NCBI GenBank assembly: GCA_039545335.1
Contig: BCIN01000003.1
Location: forward strand, 1,993,060-2,057,059
DNA: 64,000 nucleotides
Source: Kondoa subrosea
Lineage: Eukaryota
Direction of reading: 5' to 3'
A program made the translations under genes and the position numbers. Each line of letters begins with the position of its first letter. Position 1 is the stretch's first letter. Positions 53,000-64,000 of this stretch are shown one piece after another. The notes below the pieces were generated by a model that worked only from the letters and a program-made list of their open reading frames with translations, did no database searches and was not told the DNA's origin.

Positions 53000-53521
53000 A
53001 TGTACAAGATCGCAAGAACATCGACCATCGCAAGACGTGCAGCAGTGCCGATCCAGTCAAGAGCTTTCTCATGGACACCTACGACGAAACTTGCGAGCAC
53101 TCAACCTCTGCCTGAAGATGCTGAAGAAGCGACGGACGAGGAGATCTCTGTCATGAAGAAATTGCGTGAGTCTCGTCATACTCCGTCGAGACGATCGCTG
53201 ATCTGTCGAGCAGAATCAAATTTCGCTGGAGCTGAAGTTTCGTGTCAGGATGTATCTGGTGAGCAACGCTCTTCTTGGTCATATGTACATCTCACATAGT
53301 CACAGGTGGATGTGGATCTTTCTATGCTATTTCGATACGGCATGCGGACTTCAAGGGAAAGTCGACAATCAAGCAGCATCAGTTGGTTAACAGCGTCCTG
53401 AGGGAAGAACTACAGAAATGGCACGGTGTACAGGTCAGTAGAGCAAGAGTAATTTCAGCTTATTGCTGATTTGGAATTCTCTTGATGCTGACAGCTCAAG
53501 ACCATGTCGACAGATCAGTGA
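53000..53521 (+). CDS. Mitochondrial BolA-family protein (Bol3/BOLA3-like)
   Basis: Presequence-like N-terminus, then QDVSGGCGSFYAISI...FKGKSTIKQHQLVNSVLREELQKWHGVQLKT. Confidence 0.9.
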
Positions 53522-53760
53522 TCAGCCGATTCTTATGCATTTCAAGCAACTTGTTTATATGACTCGAGTCACTCACGTTCCTTTCCTTCTCAGTAATCCT
53601 TCCTACCGTGCTTTGTCCTGTTCTCTGTTCTTCCGCTCGAGCCATGTTGACTTAGCTGAGTAATGCTGACTCACTTCCGCTTGTTTGTTTGGCTGCTCCT
53701 TTTGTTGATTGTCACGGTCTTTCCATCCCTATCATCCACTTATTTGAACCCCTTTACAAC

Positions 53761-54987
53761 ATGACAATCATCATCTACGGAGCAGTAAGTGTCTGTGCTC
53801 TCACGTTCTCCTCTTCAATCATCCAATTATACAATCATAAATCGTTAATAGTACATGTAAGAATCGCCAGATGCAAATTAATATTCTCACCAATCACGCA
53901 ACAGATCTACCTGCACTCAGCGGGTGATCGCCGTTTGTAAAGCTAAAAATCTCGATTACAGGTTGTCGGGATATGCGGGCAAGGAGGATTTGAGCTTTGT
54001 CAAGGTGAGAACTCTTCGTTAGGTCTCCCGATGGACTGAATTGTGTACAAGCAGGAAGAACGGTATATCCAAGACAAGCAGCCGTTTGCTCAGGTAAGTG
54101 CTTGCTTTATTCTTGAATGATTCTGTTTGAATTTGCTCTTAGATGCCTGCTATTGACGAGTATGCGGTGATACATCGCGGTCTCATATTCTGACTGATCA
54201 CCGAGATCTAGCGATGGTTTCACTGTCTTCGAGTCTCGCGCTATCTGCATATACCTAGCTTCGTACAGTACCCCTATTACACTGCTCAAACATCAACTCA
54301 CAAATTTTACAGCAAGTACAAGTCTCAAGGTATCGATCTCATGCCCGATGCCAATGACCTGCAAAGTATGGCGATCTTCAATCAAGGTGAACATCTGTTT
54401 TGGATATAACAGGTCGATTCTCAATGTTATGTGCAGGTATAATGATAGAAGCTTTCAATTTGAACAAACACCTTGCATCAATTGTTTCTCAATTGCATTT
54501 CAATCGTGCGCTTCATAAATCACATGAACGGCAGAGTGATCATGCATATTGCTACTCTAGCTTATTTCGGGCTTCCTACGGACAAAGCTGTTGTGCAGCA
54601 AGAAGAAAAAGTATTGGATTCTCGTCTGAAGGCTTTGGACATTCTGCTCAGCAAGCAGAAATATCTTGGTCAGTTTCCCTGCCTCTAATACTATCCTCAA
54701 GAGCTGAGACTATATCTCATTTCAAGGCGGCAATCAATTGACTGTGGTCGATATCTTTGTTCTGTAGGCTCGCTCCTGAACCGTTGCAAACGGAAAAGAC
54801 TAATAGCGAAAAAAAAATGAATTCATCTAGACCTTTCGGTACTATGGCTGAAGATCTTGGTCAAGCTAAAGGTTTCAAGAAGTATCAAAATGTCTCTCGA
54901 TGGTGGTTCGAAATCAAAATGTTGAATTGCTGGCAGAACACAGCGGCAGAGATACAGGCGGCTTTGAAGATTGACTTAAGTATATAG
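53761..54987 (+). CDS. Glutathione S-transferase (Phi-like), many small exons
   Basis: STCTQRV, KQPFAQMPAIDD, DGFTVFESRAICIYL, LDILLSKQKYLGGNQLTVVDIF, NVSRWW. Confidence 0.85.
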
Positions 54988-55062
54988 GCATCGTTCACGG
55001 ATGGGTTGACTCGGGCGTGTGATCAATGAACCTGATATGAAAGTATAACTGTCGTACACTTG

Positions 55063-55934
55063 CTACATAGGAAAATGATGCTCAAATGGTTGGTACATAT
55101 GTGGTATGCCGTTGATGAACTCGACCTTGATGATGTCTCCTACGCTAGGGACGTGAATGTTTGGCCAATGGATAGTGACTTTGTGCTTGCTGACAAGTAG
55201 ACAAACTTGCACTTGATGTTCAGGCCGAATGATTTCGACTCCACCAATCGCCAGACTAAGAGAGGTATGATAGTGATCAATATCCAGAGTCATGTCGCAT
55301 TCTGTCGTTTGTGCGTTCAGCTTTTCCCCGCTTGGGGGGCGAAAGCCGAAGGAGTAATACGCTGAGAAAAGGGATCTGAAAGCAGCTACTTCTACGTGTT
55401 TAGGTTGATTTCCCAAACCGAGGGCCGAGACGTATATCTGAAAGTACTGTCTACCAATATCATGCAAGATCCGGATGAAGATGTCGAGAAGAAGCCTTCC
55501 TGCACCTTTTCGGCGGTCTTGACTCTCATAGGTTTTCCATACAAGGAGTTCGGCCTTTGCGTTATGAGGTGGGATTTTGGCAGAAATAGTGGCTATATCG
55601 AGTTCAGCTTCATCGGAACAGCTACGAAGGTTGACATTGATTCGATGAACGAAACTGCTATTGTGATGGAATGAATCAATAATCGACTGTAGAGCTCGGG
55701 CGCTGTTGATATCATGCTTGTCTGGGGTCCGACTGGCGGGATCTGCGCTGAAATTAGCTGATATCGATGGATATCAGATGACCAATACCTTGATGGTCAA
55801 GACAAGCTGTCAAAAGCCAGCCGCTATCGGTCGCAAAAGAGATGAGACTGTTCAATAAGCTATCATTGACTGCAATTGATCAGACTTCATCATTAGAGAA
55901 GGGGGATGCATGGCATACCGATATGACGGGACAT
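55063..55934 (-). CDS. Hypothetical protein (3 exons)
   Basis: Two canonical introns join in frame: MSRHIV|NDSLLNSLISFATDSGWLLTACLDHQ|DPASRTPDKH..., continuing open into ORF 55063-55467. Confidence 0.55.
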
Positions 55935-56089
55935 ATTCAGATAAGAGTCAGATATAGACTGAGAACAAGAGAGACAAGGAGCAAGATGCTATCCGATGGA
56001 AGGTAGACTCTGAAAGATAGATGACAAAGGGACACTTTCGGTTAAACTGAACACCATGGTCGCTGCAAGCTTGTGACTGGGATGGTATC

Positions 56090-57209
56090 TCACTTCTTCA
56101 CGCTCTCTAGCAATGTCCGTGACGCTACAGCATGTATATCTACAGACGCTTTGCTGAGCTTGTCCAGAGTCTATTAACAGCTCAGCTACTCAGCTACGCT
56201 GGATAGACGAATGAAGCATTTACGAACCTCCCTGATCAATTCCAAACCGACTTCTCCTTCTATCGTCAAATTCGTTATTGTCCCCATCGCCGGCACACTT
56301 GCCAATCCGACCAGCGCATTCATACTTTCGTTCTCTGCTGTAGTAGGATCTAGAAGTACTTCATTTTCCGCTTCGTTCTTCCGTATTGCCTAGGAGCAGA
56401 ACGATCAGGACAATGAAATTGACCAGAGGAACAGACTGACTGCGCATGCTCCGATGACCAAACCGAACATTTCTACCCCAGCTTCAGCTAAAGCAAGGCT
56501 AGCCGCCGTTATCCCTCTGTCCAAAACAGACTCTGCAGTAAGTCATGATTTGACTTGGCAAAGAAGTGACGAACGAGCTGATATCATTCATAGGCCCGTC
56601 GCATTCGAGTACGACGACAAACAGATCAATGACACTTTTTGGCAATAGATCTAGCCGAAGAGCAGGTTTAAGTGCTTGTTCCAGTTTCGCGCTCAGATGA
56701 GTTGCTTCCGTGTCCTGTCCAGTGATTTCAGCCTTGTTTCTTCCTAGTGAAGAGATGACTCACTCGGCCTGCTGTTTTGTGTTTATCTCGACATGCGAAA
56801 GGAGCATAACGAACTTCGACATTAAGTTGAGCTGAAGATGAGAAAGCTGCATCTCTTCGAATTGGATTCGGGCCGTATCTATTCCATTACATCAAGGATC
56901 AGTAACAAGTACAGCAGAGTGAAAGTAGACGGACACTGCACAAACAAGTTTGGCCTGACCAGTTTCTATGTATGCTGATCCACTCGCTTGAGAGATCAGT
57001 CCAGTTTTGAGAACTAACAGAAATCTAAGTAGGAATGAAATACATCAATATGTAGACGGACAGATAGGTCTAATAGCATCCAAGGCTCTGTCGTCCACAC
57101 GTTTTTCTACTTCTTTGCCTTTATTTGCTCGTGCCAATAATTTCGGATGTTTCTGTATCGGATGAGATTCTGGTGCATTATACCGACGTCTGTCCGCTTG
57201 AGTAGCCAT
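56090..57209 (-). CDS. MTR3: Exosome RNase PH-like subunit Mtr3 (EXOSC6)
   Basis: MATQADRRRYNAPE start, LKTGLISQASGSAYIETG..KLVCAVYGP, LEQALKPALRLDLLPKSVIDLFVVVLECD, AASLALAEAGVEMFGLV. Confidence 0.85.
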
Positions 57210-57555
57210 GCGGTTCCTTGCAATTGGCTGTGTATTATAAACAATTTCTTAAGCTGTTGCAGCGAAGTTGTACGAACTGGGAAGCATCCTGAGCTCTCTC
57301 TTAGATACCCACAGCAAGTCTGGCTAGATTCCTGCGACGTCTCCTGCCTCTCGTTCCTTTCAATATGCCTTCTGTCCGTTTCATGCCCATGATTACACAA
57401 CACTTTATTTATTCTTGTTTCTGCTTTCCTGTGCATAGCCAGCAGTAACGGCCATCTCTCAACTACCTCTAACATCAATAGAAAATGATCGCCCTGTCTC
57501 ACCCGTAACTCCAGTCGAAAACACTCTATCTTCCTCACCTTCTACAGTCTCTTCC

Positions 57556-59267
57556 ATGCTGTCCAACCGATTGGAAACGCTTCCAGTAACAGAAGCAGGT
57601 CAAGCTGATTTAACCGCAACAACGAAACATGTGGATTATACTCGACCAGCTTTCCATACAGCCGAATCTCAAATGGGTATTGGTTCAATGGCTTCCTACA
57701 TTCCTTCTATTCCAGCGAAATCCAAAACACTACCTACAGTCTGTGAAGAATCTACTTCTGTTAACGGAGTTGTTTCAGCACCGACGACGGTAAAGAAGAA
57801 GAAATTGGATGTGGTTGAAGAAGCAAAGAAATTGGCTGCTTATACTGCAGTTGATAGACATGTAAAACCTGAACATAAAGTTATTGGGATTGGAAGTGGA
57901 AGTACAGTACCCTATGTGGTTGATCGGATATTACATCAAGGTGAAGAAGTCAACACAGGAAGATGGTTCATTCCGACTGGTCCGCCTTTCTTCTTGCATC
58001 CCAGATACAATGTACTGAGAAAGTGGTTTCAGGTTTCCAAAGTAAAGAATTGATAGTCAAGGCTGGGTTGCACTTAGGCGACGTGGATCAATTCCCAGTC
58101 ATCGATATAACCATAGATGGAGCAGATGAAGTAGACAATCAACTCAATGCTATCAAAGGAGGTGGAGCGTGTCACCTGAGAGAAAAGGTGAGTCGTCGGA
58201 CAGACACTCAGAATCACCTGATGGTCTATTCCTGCCGGATCACAGGTACTAGCAGAAGCTGCTTTAGAATTCATCATCGTTCGTTCTTAGGTGTCGCTGC
58301 TCTCTATGAGAGCTACTGATGGCCTCAGAACATGAACAGGTAGCAGATCATCGAAAGAATAGTGATGTATTAGGACAGGTAAGTTGCTTCTGTTGATTTA
58401 CGGACTGGTAGTAAGGCAGGCATCGCGTTACAGTCCTGGAAACAGGGCGTTCCTGTTGAAGTGATACCTTTCGCTTGGTCTAAAGGTTCGTCTTAATCTA
58501 CTTCTTAAGCTTGATCAACAGCCAAAAAACGATTTTGTCTTCCACAGTATTCCAGTACGTCAAATCTTGGACTCCGGCTCATCACCAGCCTGATGAGTGA
58601 TTCACTCAACAGAAATCTACTGTCTGTACCCGGAGTGGTAACGCCAACATTACGAATGGGCAAAGCGAAAGCTGGTGTACGTCAGTTCGCGATTATAGCT
58701 GGCTTTTAGCTTACATACGCGCGACTACGTACAGCCTGTGGTGACAGACAACGGGTAAGTCCAATCACGACTCTGCACTGCTCTGGCTGATTGTGATATC
58801 AAGCAACTTTGTCATTGACGCAGTCTTTGACGAATGTTGGTTTGCCTGAGTTTGGGGAACCGAGCTGTGCTGATCAATTAAGCGGGACAGTACATATGCA
58901 AAGACCCGAAGAACTTCTTAACAAGATCAAAATGCTTACAGGTGTAGTGGAAGTGGGACTGTTTTGCGGAATGGCTAAAGCAGCGTCAGTTTTCATTTTC
59001 ACTTTAAAGAAAGACGCAGCCTATTGAATCTTGAAACAGATATTTCGGGAACTCGGATGGGAGTGTGTCAGTGCGAGTAAGCTCAGGCAATAGAAAATCG
59101 TCAAAGGCTTGCTGACCTTCCGGCTCGAAGTGGGACGACGGTCGTGAGTTATTGACAATTCTTTTGGCTTAGCATTTGCCTCATTCAGGTGAATCACAGA
59201 GGTCGATCGGATAGACAAGAGAACGGAATTGGCAGAAGAGGAAGAAGCGGAAGCCAACTCTCAATAG
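57556..59267 (+). CDS. RKI1: Ribose-5-phosphate isomerase A
   Basis: [70 protein letters not shown]. Confidence 0.95.
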
Positions 59268-59487
59268 ACGAGAAGTATAGATTTCGAAATCGGTACAAAG
59301 CCGCTGTAACATTGCATTGACTAATTCAGAAGACACGCGACATGCAGCATTGCTTGCGAAAGAGCCCATCCGTTGATGTTTGACCTGCGCATAATTCTGG
59401 AGCTCCCTCCGAAACTTCCATCTATAGCTGATCAACTCATCATGCCTTAACGCAATCCAATACCTCGCACGCAGACCTATACCAGTC

Positions 59488-60485
59488 ATGTCAGCTTCAA
59501 CGCAGCAGTGTTCAGTTATTCGAGTAGACAAGAAAACGTCCCTGCTGGTCTACCGAGACAGCAATGCGCCTGATTCTATCCTACAAAATGGCCATGAGCC
59601 TTCATACCAGGCTCCTTCTTTCACTTCCACACTAAAATCCATCTTCTCTCCTTCAAGTTCAAACGTTTTCAGCGCTTCGGCTGCATCTGCCAAACAAGAA
59701 GCTGAGCGCAAGAAAATCTTAGGATCTGGTGCAGGAGCAAGTTTAGCGAGGACTAGGTCACAGTCTTCGCCTGGTAGCTCTACTAGTAGCACTGGTACAG
59801 AAAGTCCGAAATTACGCTTCGCTCCATTACCTGAACCCGATGTATGTTCCTCACTTACTAATTGGTGGGGAGTTTCCTCATCCCTTTGTAATGGTAGCGG
59901 CCTAGAGGAAGATCAGCATCCATTTCATGTGGTGTATCTGCTCGAGCAGCTCTATTGAGAGGCGAAACTCCAACAAATGGAGCACCGCCGAGAGAAACAG
60001 TTTATCCTTCTACTACTGAAGCTTTATCTGCCCAAGTCATGTTGGAATCAGCTGTAGAATCAGATGAAGAGCATGTAGTAGAAGAAGAAGAAGAGGATGA
60101 TGATGGTAAAGGTAGAGCAATCTGTAGGAACTCAACATTCACAAAGGAGAGCGCTGCGTCTTCTAACAACAAATCAACATCTTCTGCTACAACAAATACA
60201 CTAACGGAAGAAGAAAAAGGCAAATGGTCGGATAAATTGAAACGGCCATTCTTATCCAAACGAAGATCTTCTTCTGCTAACAGCGCTCAAACGGATAAGA
60301 AGCAACAGAATCAACCTCAAGTAGTATATGAAGTCGTCAGTGCAGAGGAAGCAGATCGAATGGTTGAAAAGGGAGGTGCAAGGAGAGGAAGAGCGGATTT
60401 GAAAGTAGTGCCGGAAAGTGAGAGGGAAGAGGATACTTGGACAGAATATGCGGAATATGCTGAGCCAGAAGGTGCAAGAGCTTGA
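59488..60485 (+). CDS. Hypothetical Ser-rich disordered protein
   Basis: Two long coding-like ORFs joined by one intron near 59841-59898. Contains a short LRFAPLPEP motif. Confidence 0.6.
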
Positions 60486-60790
60486 TAATGTATCGAATGT
60501 GAGTGAAGCTGCTTTGAAGATGAATGGGAATTTGTTTGACTCTGATGACGTAGAATTGATGTTTTGTGGTTGTAGCGTTTCCTTTGAAGAAGAAATAGTC
60601 AAGATTGGGATAAGCTGTAATTCATGTCTGTGTTGGTAGCATAGTGTGGTGTGATTCTATTCGTGTAACAAGATCACACTCACTCCGCTTGGACTTGGCA
60701 TTGACTTTAATTTGTATTCTCATTGCAACGAAGCACAAAAGCCGAACGTACCATGGGTGGGCAGACTATACACTGAACTGTCAACCGCTC

Positions 60791-62715
60791 ATGAGTGATA
60801 CAGCACCGAACGAAAGAAGCTCTTTGCTCTCGGTGAGCACCTTTTTGGGAAATCCGTCTTCCCACGTTTCTGGCTCAAGTTCACTGTGATTTGCAGGGCA
60901 ATAATAGCCAAACACCATTTGGAGGGGAAGAGAAGAGCGACCCTACGTTCTTGCAGTCATATAAAAATCTCTTATTCGGTGGATGGTGCGTTCTGGCAAT
61001 ACGCAGAGTTCAGTTTGGCTGATCGCACCATGCTGAATGTACAGGGTCAATGTCTTACTGATCGCTGTACCCTTCTCTTTCGCTTCGCATTTCGCAGGCT
61101 GGAGCGCATCAGCGACGTTCTTGCTATCCTTTTTGGCTATTGTGCCGTTGGCTTCCGTAGGCCTTTCAGCGAAGTGGTACAAATCTCGGTTCTCATGTTG
61201 TGACTAGCTTCTCGGAGATGCAACAGAGCAGACTGCCATCAAGACCAATGACACTTTAGGCGGATTATTGAACGTAAATGCTCCATTTCCTGTCAGTAGA
61301 GCGTATATTGATAAAATTTTAGGCTACATTCGGCAACGCGGTGGAAGCCAGCAAGTCTAATTTGCCGCATGTAATGAGCTTAGGCTGATTTCGTGTGTGG
61401 TTTTGTCCTTGCAGTTGTCGGTATTATCGCCCTCAAGCAGAATCAACTTCGAATCGTTCAAACTTCCATGCTTGGCTCAATCCTTTCCAACATCTTGCTC
61501 GTACTAGGATGTTCCTTCTTCGCCGCTGGGTTCAAATTCAGAGAATCTAAATTTCAAGTTACTGCTGCTCAAGCTTCTGCCTCGGTCATGACTTTGGCCG
61601 TTTCGACCCTGATCATTCCCGCAGCTTATCATGCGAATCAGAAAGCTAACGTTGCCGGTGGCTTCATGAACTATTTGACTGCCGGAGCTGAAGGTCAAGC
61701 GGCTATTGAAGCAAAGACTGGAATTGATGGATTGCTATTCATCTCGAGAGGTACATCGATTGTAAGTCTATTGATATCCGCCCGCGAAGTATCTGCTTAA
61801 AGCAAGGATGTAGATCTTATTGGTCATCTATGGTCAGTATGGTTCTGGTCATCAACTTCAAAAGCTGATTCTGGGTTTATCATGTCTGACAGGCACATAC
61901 CTTTGGTTCCAACTTCGCACTCACTCTTACCTCTTCGAAGCTGAACAAGGAGACGATGATGAAGAAGATGCAGCGAAAATGAACGTTTGGGCAGCTGTCT
62001 CCGCATTGGTCATCGTTACCGTCGTCACTTCTTTCTGTGCTGATTATCGTAAGGAATCATTTGTTCGACATGCTTTGTGACGGAACTTGGTGTTGATGCT
62101 TGACTCGCAGTGGTCGATTCAATTGATGAATTCGCTGATGATTACGGAATTCCAAAACCTTTTATTGGATTGATTCTGATCCCTATCGTTGGTAACGCTG
62201 GTGAGTTCTGCGCAGTTTCTTGTTTCACGGGGGATGCTGATGTGGCAATAGCTGAGCACTTGACTTCCGGTGAGTTGACTTTGGTTTGTGTCGGCTGAAG
62301 ACTTAGCACCATGATCTCTCACAGTCTGGATGGCCGCCAAAGGAAAGATGGAAATTGTCATTGGCGTTTCTATCGGCTCTTCTATTCAGATTGCAGTCGG
62401 TGTCATCCCAATCTTGGTATTGTGTGTTTCTTTTGCCTCTACCGATATTGGAACAGATTGTCTGATTCATCGTCACAGAGTTGGCTGGGCTATGGGCAGG
62501 GAGTTGACACTCTACTTTGAAAACTTCGAGACCATTTGCCTGTTCATCGCTGTTACTTTGGTCAACTCCTTGGTACAAGGTTTGCGAATTCTTATATATT
62601 TGGAAATCTTGGCTGACGGTAGTGTTCGTATACAGATGGCAAATCTACGTATATGGAAGGACTCATGCTTATAGCCCTCTATGTGGTTATCGGACTCGCT
62701 TTCTGGGTCTCGTAA
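60791..62715 (+). CDS. VCX1: Vacuolar Ca2+/H+ exchanger (CAX family)
   Basis: GGLLNATFGNAVE, SMLGSILSNILLVLG, WFQLRTH, FIGLILIPIVGNAAEH, GSSIQIA, DGKSTYMEG. Confidence 0.95.
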
Positions 62716-62926
62716 AATATCCACCTTTTGTATCTCTAGTCATTTACATATACACGCTACAATACACTCGTAATCTGCTCCTTTTGCGCGTCTGTCAAGC
62801 CTGTGCGTGTGATTTTCGAAGATGACCGAGTTCTGCACGCGTTTTCATTTCAAAACAACGATTTGTTCCTTTCAGCTTCGCATTGCGGAAGAGCCTCTGA
62901 GACTCATTTTGACACGTACTTAGGCC

Positions 62927-64000
62927 ATGGCTAAAGCGAAAGGACCTAAATGTTAGCACAAGCTGTGTATACACCTCGAGAGAATCGAGTTCATCTTATT
63001 CGCTATACAGGGTATGCTGTTCGCAAAGGAGCTCAAGGCAGGAAGATTGTAACAACGTGGGATGAATGTTCTGCTATGGTGAGAGCTGCTTCTTGTTCAG
63101 CGCAAGCTCGTCTAATCTCTATCCTGTCAGGTCACTGGTTTTCGTTTGTCATACATTGCTTCTCTTTCCTCTACTTTTTGATCGTGAATGTAGCTGGTTC
63201 CGTGTACAAGAGTTTCCCTACTGAAAGCGAAGCGAAGAATTGGCTCGGTAAGTCATCCAGTAAAGTAGTCGAGAGGAACCTACTGAGTTGAGGGCAAATG
63301 CAGGCAATTTTGATGCACCTATCCTACTGTCATCTCCTGATCCCTCACCTGAGAAGAAGAAGCAAAAGGCGAAGGAAGTCATTGCTTTAAGCCCTTCGCC
63401 AACTGGAGCTCGATACAGTCCTTATCACCCAAAGAAAGCAGAGCCCGATAGTCCAGCACAGCAGCAAAAACGCTATGCTCTTCCACCTAAAGCGTCTTCT
63501 AGCCAGCAGAGTAATCTCACCTCAACCGTTTATGCATCGTCTAGTTCTCCTGTTGCTTCAACCTCGAAAACCAAGCTGGAAGATGATCTCAGTATTGCTG
63601 AATTACCTGACATTGGCGAAGCACCACCTCCACCTCCTGTCATCGTATTAAACGAAGAACAGTTGGATGTTTTAGCGAAAGTCAGAGCTGGAGAAAACAT
63701 CTTCTTCACTGGATCTGCAGGAACGGGCAAATCAGTCCTAACGCGTGCTATTATTCAGCAAATCAAGGATGAAGGTAGAACAGTGTACACTACAGCTGCA
63801 ACAGGTATGCCGCAATTGCTTCAGACTTGTATCGCTTGGATCTGAATCCTTGTCAGGCATCGCTGCTGTCAACATTGGCGGGAGTACTCTCCACTCGTTC
63901 GCTGTATGTCCTCTTATCCTTCTTGTTTTCGCACGTGAAAATTCGTTGGACAGGGTCTAGGACTGGCTAAAGAACCAAAAGAGAAATGTCTCGGAAAGCT
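62927..64000 (+). CDS. Pif1-family helicase with N-terminal RNase H1-type hybrid-binding (Cauli_VI) domain; runs off the window
   Basis: Spliced N-terminus KWYAVRKGAQGRKIVTTWDECSAMVTGFPGSVYKSFPTESEAKNWL, then LNEEQ..GENIFFTGSAGTGKS, TAATGIAAVNIGGSTLHSFAGLG (Pif1 motifs). Confidence 0.9.

Noticed and set aside
40976..54987. UGT, desaturase and GST as a secondary-metabolite or detox cluster
   Set aside because: Separated by housekeeping genes (PKA-R, COX15, BolA), with no backbone synthase or regulator.
62927..64000. Pif1 as part of a Helitron
   Set aside because: No Rep/HUH motifs upstream of the helicase, intron-rich, and the FFTGSAGTGKS motif is of cellular Pif1 type.

Overview
Gene-dense, intron-rich eukaryotic DNA with short (~45-60 nt) GT/GC-AG introns and many micro-exons. 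Gene content and architecture point to a fungus, probably a basidiomycete (inference). About 33 protein-coding genes could be reconstructed by hand-splicing, and internal exon boundaries are approximate. Housekeeping genes: NAP1, ARF6, UTP13, SPT5, NOP7, PRE8, ICP55, PKA regulatory subunit, COX15, BolA, MTR3, RKI1, VCX1. Accessory genes: AA9 LPMO, ABCC transporter, UGT, GST, desaturase-like and several orphans. No tRNA, rRNA, CRISPR array or transposon was recognised. Most notable: (1) a minimal bacterial-type ATP-dependent DNA ligase with an N-terminal SWIM finger and an apparent two-ATG mitochondrial/nuclear targeting design; (2) a Pif1 helicase fused to an RNase H1-type hybrid-binding domain; (3) an AA9 LPMO with a stalk and GPI-like tail; (4) an inverted, near-identical pair of micro-exon hydrophilin genes about 19 kb apart; (5) a decayed copy of the ABC transporter 3' end inside the UTP13/SPT5 divergent spacer; (6) a six-exon 68-aa gene invisible to the ORF track.
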